A stretch of 64,000 nt of DNA from assembly GCA_037128515.1 (NCBI GenBank), contig JBAXWF010000007.1:5021-69020 (forward strand). Reading direction: 5' to 3'. Numbering within the stretch: the first letter of the stretch is position 1; each line of letters starts with the position of its first letter. The notes beneath the pieces are model-generated. The model was not told the origin of the DNA and searched no databases. It saw nothing but the letters and a program-made list of their open reading frames with translations. The translations under genes and the position numbers were made by a program. Positions 8,921 through 15,907 of the stretch are shown one piece after another. The DNA is from Bacteroidota bacterium. GTDB lineage: Bacteria > Bacteroidota > Bacteroidia > Bacteroidales > CAIWKO01.

Positions 8921-9274
8921 ATGCTTGACGACGGACGATTTATGGTACTTTGGCAGAAATACGCTGCTGTAATTCATGTACTTTTAAAAAATACAGACAC
9001 TGACATTCAAAAACTTCAACTTTATAAGCACGAATTTGAAGTTAGCGGCCAAAAACAAAAAGCAAATATGACTTTTAGTTTTAATTTGCTAAACGGTAGA
9101 GCAGTCAACATAGTTAGCACTACAGGTATTGCACGCGATTTGTGGCAAGTATTGGATAGCAAAGTAGCTACCCGTAACTTACTAAAGGAACGTAAAATTA
9201 AAGTAAGCGTAAGCAAAACATTCGAATTACAGCTCGAAAAAATTCAGGAAGAAACCATTTCTGAAGTGGTTTAA
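8921..9274 (+). CDS. hypothetical protein
   Basis: 117-aa ORF in its own intergenic context. No recognisable motif. Confidence 0.4.
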   Translation: MLDDGRFMVLWQKYAAVIHVLLKNTDTDIQKLQLYKHEFEVSGQKQKANMTFSFNLLNGRAVNIVSTTGIARDLWQVLDSKVATRNLLKERKIKVSVSKTFELQLEKIQEETISEVV

Positions 9275-9521
9275 ATACGCAATATCTCAACTCCAGTACT
9301 AGGAGGACATTCCTTTTCATCAAAAACTATTAATATTTTTTCTTTTTAGAAATATTACTATTCCCAATTCTGCTATTGTATCAGGTTTTACTGTGGGTAT
9401 AACCTTCCTTTTTATTCATAAACAAAATAATTTCCGGTAAATCAGAAAAAATATTTTAAAGTATTTGTTTATTAGAGAAATGTTTCATAATTTCGTCAAT
9501 TATTCCCTAGAAACAACCTAG

Positions 9522-12500
9522 ATGAAAAAACATTTATTCTTACTTTTTGTATTTATTCTGTTAATGAATTGGGGAGGCAATGCCCAAATAGTTATCAATG
9601 AATATTCTTGTTCCAATGTAAGTTCTTACACTGATAATTTTGGTAATTACGAAGATTGGATTGAGCTTTATAACACCAGTGCTGTTGCAGTAACCATGAA
9701 TGGTTGGTATTTGAGCGACAAAATAACCACTCCTTTGAAATGGCGTATTACAACAGCCACCATTGCAGCCCACGGCTATTTGCGTATTTGGGCATCGGGA
9801 AGAGACATTGGCACCGGAACACTTCATGCTAACTTTAAACTCACCCAATGCAAACCCGAAGATATTATTCTATCAAATGCTTCTGGAACTGCAGCCGATG
9901 TACTCACACTTAAACCTACTTTAGAGGGACATTCGCGCGGGCGAACTACCGATGGTGCCGGTACATGGAGCGTGTTTCTAAATCCTACGCCCGCTGCGGC
10001 AAATACGAACCCATATTCCGATTATGCCGGACGACCTGTGATGAGTGTGGGGCATGGATTTTACACAACAGCGCAAACGGTTTCAATGTCATCTATCACA
10101 CCGGGTGTGGCCATTCGTTACACCCTCGATGGAACAACGCCAACCGCCGCATCCACATTGTATACTGCACCAATCAACATTGCAACAACAAAGGTATTAC
10201 GTGCCATTGCAATTAGTTCTGTTGGCACTACCCCTAATAGTTTTGTAGAGAGTAACACCTATTTTATTAACGAACCACACAGCGTTGCTGTAGTTTCAAT
10301 TTATGGTGACGGTGTAATGGATTTAATGACTGGTACGCAGTCGGAGCCTTACACAGGAATTGAATATTTTGATGAAAATGGCGTTTTCAAAACCGAAAGT
10401 TATGGCAATACCAACAAACATGGTAATGACTCTTGGTCGTATCCGCAGCGTGGTATTGACTTTATCAGCCACGACCAATATGGATACAATTATGCTTTAC
10501 TCGATACCATTTTCAATTCAAAGACTCGGGCAGAGTTTCAACACATCATTTTTAAGGCCGCTGCTAACGATAATTATCCATTCGAAACTCCCGGCAGTGG
10601 CTATGCCTGGGGACCGAGCGACCAATTGGGTGCCGTGCATATTCGAGATTCTTATGTACATACGCTTTCACAAAAAGCAAAACTCCACCTCGACGAACGT
10701 ACTTGGGCTCCGAGCGTTTTGTATGTAAACGGACTTTATTGGGGCGTTTATGATACACGCGAAAAAGTGGACGATGCTGATTTTATCGATTATTATCATC
10801 ACACACCCGAAGACTCTTTGCAAATGCTAAAAACTTGGGGAGGAACATGGAGCGAATATGGCGGGGCTCAAGCTCAAACAGACTGGAATAATTTGTCGAA
10901 TTTTATTACTACAAACAATATGACTATTCCGGCCAACTACGCTTATGTTGACACCATGCTTAGTTTAAAAAGTTTGGCCGATTATGTTATTATAAATTCT
11001 TTTTGTGTTACATCGGATTGGCTTAATTGGAATACACAGTGGTGGAGAGGAATTAATGTGGGTGCCGACAAACGAAAATGGCGTTATACTTTGTGGGACG
11101 AAGATGCAACTTTTCATCATTATGTAAACTATACTGGTATTCCGAATACAAATGTGGATGCGGATCCTTGCGATCCAAATTCTCTGGGTGATCCGGGAGG
11201 TCAAGGGCAAGTTCCGGTACTAAATGCTTTGATGCAAAATCAAACGTTTTATCAATACTACATCATGCGCTATTTCGATTTATTGAATGGTCCGCTCAGT
11301 TGCAACCGCATGACTACAATTTTAGATAGTATGGTGAATGTGATTCAACCTGAAATGCAGCAACAAATCACCAGATGGGGAGCAGGCGGAACGTATGCAG
11401 CTTGGTGGGCAAATTATCAAACGCTTCGCACATTTATTCAAGACAGGTGCCAAACAGTTACTCAGAATTTTGTAGATTGCTGGCCTGTCACAGGTCCATT
11501 TCCAATAAAAGTGAATGTTGTGCCTGCCGGTGCAGGAAATATTGATATCAATTCTCTAAACCTCACTAATTTTGTTTGGTCGGGGCAGTATCCCGGCAAC
11601 ATGAATATATTGATGACAGCGCATCCCAACGGAAATTATTGTTTCGATCATTGGGAGTTTCAGCATCACACGCCTTCGCCAAGTATTAACGACTCTTCTA
11701 TTTCGTTTTTATTTACTATGCACGATAGCATTGTGGCCCATTTCACCAATGGCACAAACCCAACAGCCACTGCTTCTCCATCCACAATTTGTTCAGGTGA
11801 TTCGAGCAATCTGCTTGTGAGTGCAGGAACTACAATTTTGTGGAGCCCTGCCACAGGTTTAAGTTGCACCAATTGTGCTAATCCCACAGCAAATCCTACG
11901 GCTACTACCACCTACACGGTAACCGTATCAGGAGGTTGCGGCACGGGAACAGCCACAGTAACGGTTACGGTATCACCTCCGGGAGTTACCACACCTACCC
12001 TCTCTGCGACCTATCCTGTGTTGTGTATTGGCGATTCGACCGCGATACAGGTTAGCCCCACTGCAACCACCTATGCATGGAGTCCGGCAGCCACGTTAAG
12101 CTGTAATAATTGTGCAAATCCAATAGCTACACCCACCGCCACAACAACCTACACTGTGTCGGTGACGGGAAACTGTAGTTCAGGAACTGCAAGCATTACC
12201 ATAACCATTGCGCCCCCACCCACAGTTACCACAGGTGAAAACCCGACCATTTGCCCCAATAGCAGTATTCAGCTTACGGCATCGGGAGCCACATCGTATG
12301 CCTGGTCGCCTGCAAGCGGTTTGAGTTGCAGCAATTGCTCGAACCCCATTGCATCGCCTGACGCTACGACCATCTACACCATTATTGGTTCGAATGGAAC
12401 TGGCGATGGATGCAAAGACACCACTTCCATGATAGTGTATGTTACCGATGTTTGTCCTGATTTGTATATCCCCACAGGTTTCTCGCCCAATGGCGACTAT

Positions 12501-12725
12501 AACAATGATGTTTATTACATTTATGGGCAAACCACTGCGCTGGATTTGGTTATTTATGACCGATGGGGCCATGTTGTTTTTAAAACGACCGACCAAACTA
12601 AAGGTTGGGATGGTACATTAAATGGTAAGGATTTGCCCTCGGATGTTTATGGTTATAAAATAAGCGTGACCGACTATAAAGGAAATGTAATCTCGCAAGT
12701 GGGCAACATCACGCTGGTGCGATGA
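9522..12725 (+). CDS. CotH kinase-family protein with N-terminal lamin-tail domain, Cys-rich Ig-like repeats and a T9SS type B (gliding-associated, CHU_C) sorting domain
   Basis: Signal peptide; LTD (IVINEYSCSN...WIELYN); CotH core (SVLYVNGLYWGVYDTREKVD); 3-4 repeats of about 70 aa (WSPA.GLSC.NCANP.A.P.ATTTYTV); C-terminus IPTGFSPNGDYNND...GWDG...YGYKI. Confidence 0.8.
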   Translation: MKKHLFLLFVFILLMNWGGNAQIVINEYSCSNVSSYTDNFGNYEDWIELYNTSAVAVTMNGWYLSDKITTPLKWRITTATIAAHGYLRIWASGRDIGTGTLHANFKLTQCKPEDIILSNASGTAADVLTLKPTLEGHSRGRTTDGAGTWSVFLNPTPAAANTNPYSDYAGRPVMSVGHGFYTTAQTVSMSSITPGVAIRYTLDGTTPTAASTLYTAPINIATTKVLRAIAISSVGTTPNSFVESNTYFINEPHSVAVVSIYGDGVMDLMTGTQSEPYTGIEYFDENGVFKTESYGNTNKHGNDSWSYPQRGIDFISHDQYGYNYALLDTIFNSKTRAEFQHIIFKAAANDNYPFETPGSGYAWGPSDQLGAVHIRDSYVHTLSQKAKLHLDERTWAPSVLYVNGLYWGVYDTREKVDDADFIDYYHHTPEDSLQMLKTWGGTWSEYGGAQAQTDWNNLSNFITTNNMTIPANYAYVDTMLSLKSLADYVIINSFCVTSDWLNWNTQWWRGINVGADKRKWRYTLWDEDATFHHYVNYTGIPNTNVDADPCDPNSLGDPGGQGQVPVLNALMQNQTFYQYYIMRYFDLLNGPLSCNRMTTILDSMVNVIQPEMQQQITRWGAGGTYAAWWANYQTLRTFIQDRCQTVTQNFVDCWPVTGPFPIKVNVVPAGAGNIDINSLNLTNFVWSGQYPGNMNILMTAHPNGNYCFDHWEFQHHTPSPSINDSSISFLFTMHDSIVAHFTNGTNPTATASPSTICSGDSSNLLVSAGTTILWSPATGLSCTNCANPTANPTATTTYTVTVSGGCGTGTATVTVTVSPPGVTTPTLSATYPVLCIGDSTAIQVSPTATTYAWSPAATLSCNNCANPIATPTATTTYTVSVTGNCSSGTASITITIAPPPTVTTGENPTICPNSSIQLTASGATSYAWSPASGLSCSNCSNPIASPDATTIYTIIGSNGTGDGCKDTTSMIVYVTDVCPDLYIPTGFSPNGDYNNDVYYIYGQTTALDLVIYDRWGHVVFKTTDQTKGWDGTLNGKDLPSDVYGYKISVTDYKGNVISQVGNITLVR

Positions 12726-12767
12726 ATTTGATTACTAATTTTGTGAAATCATTAAGTTAATACCAAA

Positions 12768-13808
12768 ATGAGGTTTGTGAGAAAAATTTACATCATAATT
12801 TTCCTAGTGTTATTTGCTGCCACATCCGAAGCGCAAGACATCCATTTTTCACAACTCAGTCAAACGCCATTGCTTATTAACCCGGCTGCGGCTGGTGCTT
12901 TTGATGGATACTACCGTGGCATACTTAACTACAAAAGCCAATGGGCATCTATGGGAAAACCCTACAGCACGTTTATGGGTTCGTTTGATATGCCTTTCGA
13001 AAAAAGAGGTATGACTCAACGCGCTTATTTCGGCTTGGGCGCTCATGTTTATTCCGACAAGGCTGGCGATGCTAAGTTATCAACTACGAGTGCTAATGTG
13101 GCCACTTCGTGTATTGTTTCGTTGGGTGCATTTCATAAACTCTCGGCTGGTTTGGCTGTTGGGTTCACGTTGCGCCATGTGGATATTGCTGCTATTAAAT
13201 GGCCAAGTCAGTATGATGGTTCGGCTTACGACCCCTCGCTCCCATCGAATGAACCCAATCGGCTGGGCTCGTTTTATTATTTCGATATGTCGACAGGCAT
13301 TTACTATCAGTTTCTGAAACCGCTAAACCGCTTTCATGGTCGCGAAATTATTCACTTGACAGTGGGGGCAGCTATGTTTCATGCAGCTACTTTGTTTCAA
13401 AACCATAGCGGTGGGAATCCCGGCAAGGTTTCTCCACGATTTGTGGTGAACACTTCGTTGCGCTACGATATTCAAGATACTCGCATTGGGTTGGTGCCTT
13501 CTGTTCTGTATATGTGGCAGGGACCGGCTTATGAACTGGATTTGGGTTTTTTGATACGACTAAAAACTAGCCGACAAACCAACATCACGGGGTTTTTAAC
13601 CGAATCGGCATTTTCGGCGGGTTTGCATTATCGGTATAAAGATGCTATTATTCCACAGGTGTTTTTCGAGATTGCCAATTTTGGTATCGGGATTTCATAC
13701 GATATAAATATTTCGTCGTTTGCGGGCTCGTTGCGTAACAAAGGCGGATTGGAATTTTCGGTTCGTTACTCGCGCATGAAAGGGCCTTTGTATAAAAATA
13801 GAAATTAA
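12768..13808 (+). CDS. PorP/SprF-family type IX secretion system membrane protein
   Basis: QDIHFSQLSQTPLLINPAAAG N-terminal signature, beta-barrel-like composition, and a position immediately downstream of a type B CTD protein. Confidence 0.85.
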   Translation: MRFVRKIYIIIFLVLFAATSEAQDIHFSQLSQTPLLINPAAAGAFDGYYRGILNYKSQWASMGKPYSTFMGSFDMPFEKRGMTQRAYFGLGAHVYSDKAGDAKLSTTSANVATSCIVSLGAFHKLSAGLAVGFTLRHVDIAAIKWPSQYDGSAYDPSLPSNEPNRLGSFYYFDMSTGIYYQFLKPLNRFHGREIIHLTVGAAMFHAATLFQNHSGGNPGKVSPRFVVNTSLRYDIQDTRIGLVPSVLYMWQGPAYELDLGFLIRLKTSRQTNITGFLTESAFSAGLHYRYKDAIIPQVFFEIANFGIGISYDINISSFAGSLRNKGGLEFSVRYSRMKGPLYKNRN

Positions 13809-13832
13809 TAATTTTAAGGTACATTTATTTAA

Positions 13833-14027
13833 ATGAACACGGTTATGGAAAAACGTCATTCGCATCATGCATCGTCGGGGGCTGTTTATGGCTTGGGATT
13901 TTTGGGCGCTGCTATATATTATGTTTCGATGGCCTCGGGTTTTTGGATGGGTGCTTTGGGTTTGGTGAAAGCTTTGGTTTGGCCCGTGTTTTTGGTTTAT
14001 GAGGCTTTGAAGCATTTTGCAGGATAA
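13833..14027 (+). CDS. small membrane protein (two hydrophobic helices)
   Basis: 64-aa ORF containing GAVYGLGFLGAAIYYV and ALVWPVFLVYEAL helices. Confidence 0.4.
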   Translation: MNTVMEKRHSHHASSGAVYGLGFLGAAIYYVSMASGFWMGALGLVKALVWPVFLVYEALKHFAG

Positions 14028-14084
14028 GATTGGATTGCACGAGATTGTGGAACGTGGCAAAAGAGCTACTGTGACAGTGGGCTG

Positions 14085-14375
14085 TTATTTGTTGACTTTG
14101 TAGCCCAAGGCTTGGAGCTTGGACTCTAAGGAGGCTTTGGTTTTTAATGTGGTGTCGTAAACAATTGTTACTACTTTTTTTCGTAGGTGTGCTTTTACAA
14201 AACTAACTCCGTTTTCGGTCATCAGATTTTTCTCGATGGTGGCTTTGCCCTGTTCGCTTAAGGTATCTATTTTAATTTCTATTTGTGTGTTGGTGGTGCT
14301 TTTTTTGGCACAGCCGCTGTTGACAATGGACAGCATGGCGAATAGGCATAGTGTTGTAATGACTACTTTTTTCAT
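14085..14375 (-). CDS. lipoprotein with an HMA-like (ferredoxin-fold) domain lacking the CxxC metal site
   Basis: Lipobox LSIVNSGC. C-terminal pattern ..GV..v...l....v.i.yD......l...l...GYKV is typical of HMA domains, but there is no GMTCxxC. Confidence 0.5.
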   Translation of the reverse strand: MKKVVITTLCLFAMLSIVNSGCAKKSTTNTQIEIKIDTLSEQGKATIEKNLMTENGVSFVKAHLRKKVVTIVYDTTLKTKASLESKLQALGYKVNK

Positions 14376-14539
14376 TGTTTTTTCTATTTTTTTGAATAAC
14401 GCGGTGGTAAAATTACACTAAATAGTTTAATGCGGAATTGTGAAAAAGGGTTGGCAGGTGAATCAGTGGGAAGGGGGTGGGAAATACTAAACGTAATGAG
14501 ATGGGATAGATATGAGCAAAGGGCTGTAAACAGGGGGTT

Positions 14540-15060
14540 GTGTAACTATGACGGAGCAACATCAAGGAATGACGGAGTGACATCAAGGAATGACGACGCC
14601 ACATCAAGGAATGACGACGCAAGAACAAGGAATGACGGGGCAACATCAAGGAATGACGGGGCAACATCAAGGAATGACGGGGCAACATCAGGGAATGACG
14701 ACGCGATAACAAGAAATAACGGTGCAAGAACATGGAATGACGGTGCAACATCAAGGAATGACGGTGAGAGAACAAGGAATGACGGTGGATGTATAGGAAA
14801 TGACGGATGGGATGCATGGAATGGCGATGGGTGTATGCGAAAAGACGGAGGGTTTTTAGAAAATGACGAAGGATTTTCAAGTGATTTTGTTGGGGTAAAT
14901 TGTTTCTGAATTGGAAAAGTGCGATTATGCACCGAGAGAATTGGAAATGTTGGGGCGTTTTTTGGAAATGTAGGTGCGATTATTAGAAATGAAGATTGGA
15001 TTATTGAAATAAATGTAGCGACTATTGAAAATGGTGCAGGGATTTTTTGAAAAGTTGAAC
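14540..15060. repeat. tandem minisatellite B, 21-bp period (16 strict units, a degenerate gap, then about 6 units in the same register)
   Basis: The ATGACGG core recurs at 14548+21n for n=0..15. The TTGGAAATG-type units at 14941, 14962, 14983, 15004 and 15025 have their ATG at 14947+21n, in register with the first block. Confidence 0.95.
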
Positions 15061-15089
15061 TAAAAAAATGAAAGGGAGGGGGGGGAAAT

Positions 15090-15169
15090 AGGTAAGAGGT
15101 AAGAGGTAATTTTTTTTAATGAAGAATGAAGAGTGAAGAGTGAAGAATGAATGTCGATTGTCGATCTAT
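15090..15169. repeat. 7-bp microsatellites (AGGTAAG)x3 and (GAAGAGT/GAAGAAT-type)x7
   Basis: aggtaag aggtaag aggtaat at 15090-15110. gaagaat gaagagt gaagagt gaagaat gaatgtc gattgtc gatctat at 15121-15169. Confidence 0.9.
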
Positions 15170-15287
15170 AAAAAAGGTTGACCGTTTTAACTGGTTTAGT
15201 AATGCTATTTATTTTATATTTTTTTTGTTTTAATTTTTTTGTTGGAAACCGTTGAAACTGTTTTGGGAAGGGAAATTGTTTTGGTGA

Positions 15288-15307
15288 CCCACGAATGAAT
15301 TCGTGGG
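15288..15307. other. perfect palindrome / hairpin cccacgaat-ga-attcgtggg
   Basis: 9-nt arms that are exact reverse complements. Confidence 0.7.
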
Positions 15308-15518
15308 CTATTGTTTTTGGATGATAGGTTGAGGGTGTTTTTTGTTGGTTTTGTTGTTTTATTTTTTTAATTTAATAAGGTTATAAGGTTGATTTTTTGT
15401 GTTGCTTTTTTCTCTACTATGGTTGGCGGAAGGGAAATAAAGTTTTTTTTTTGTTTGAGTTGTTTTTTAAACCGTTGTGGGAAGGGATGGTGATTTATTA
15501 TAGTCTCAGGATTGAAAT

Positions 15519-15560
15519 AGGTAAGAGGTAATAGGCTATAGGCTATAGGCTATAGGTAAT
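15519..15560. repeat. 7-bp microsatellite (AGGTAAG/AGGTAAT/AGGCTAT) x6
   Basis: aggtaag aggtaat aggctat aggctat aggctat aggtaat. Confidence 0.9.
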
Positions 15561-15589
15561 ATGTTTTTTTAGTAGGAGGTAATTTGATT

Positions 15590-15790
15590 TAATGGCGGGG
15601 TGAAAGGGTTGTGGATGGTGGAAGGATGGCAGGGCACAGCGCCGGGAATGAAACAGGCTGGGGATGGCTCGCCCGCGCAAGGGACAGCAGCGAAAAGCCC
15701 GCAGCGCAGCGAGGACTTGTAGCGAATGGCCCGACCCGCAGGGTTGCGCCCAAAAGATGTTGAAGATGGGAGGTTGAAAGTTAAAAAATC
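15590..15790. other. GC-rich non-coding element of unknown function upstream of the GRE operon
   Basis: The stretch gcagggcacagcgccggg...gcccgcagcgcagcgaggacttgtagcgaatggcccgacccgcagggttgcgccc is embedded in AT-rich repeats. Only a spurious antisense ORF overlaps it. Confidence 0.4.
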
Positions 15791-15851
15791 GTATTTCGGC
15801 AATTAAATACCGAATTGTGTTGCTTTTTGTTTTTTTTATTTAAAATTGTAG

Positions 15852-15859
15852 TATTTTTG
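15852..15859 (+). promoter_or_regulatory. -7 promoter box TATTTTTG for the hpd-like operon
   Basis: Exact TAnnTTTG about 50 nt upstream of the ATG at 15908. Confidence 0.4.
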
Positions 15860-15907
15860 TAAATGTTTTAGAGAAAAGGTTACGCAAACCACTAACGGAA
15901 GGTGATT

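Noticed and set aside
14413-14932. Three overlapping ORFs (155, 159 and 128 aa, both strands) across minisatellite B
   Set aside because: All are perfect heptad translations of a stop-free 21-bp repeat (RHSLMLP, DGATSRN, APSFLDV). Being open in several frames at once is a repeat artefact, and no promoter or start context supports them.
15240-15520. Possible small genes or a MITE between the repeat blocks (direct repeats aaaccgttg...gggaaggga at about 15248 and 15469, palindrome at 15288-15307)
   Set aside because: I could not define terminal inverted repeats or target-site duplications by eye. Only the palindrome is recorded as a feature.
15569-15802. 77-aa minus-strand ORF over the GC-rich element
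   Set aside because: No plausible start context, and the composition is driven by the GC-rich element. It is treated as non-coding.
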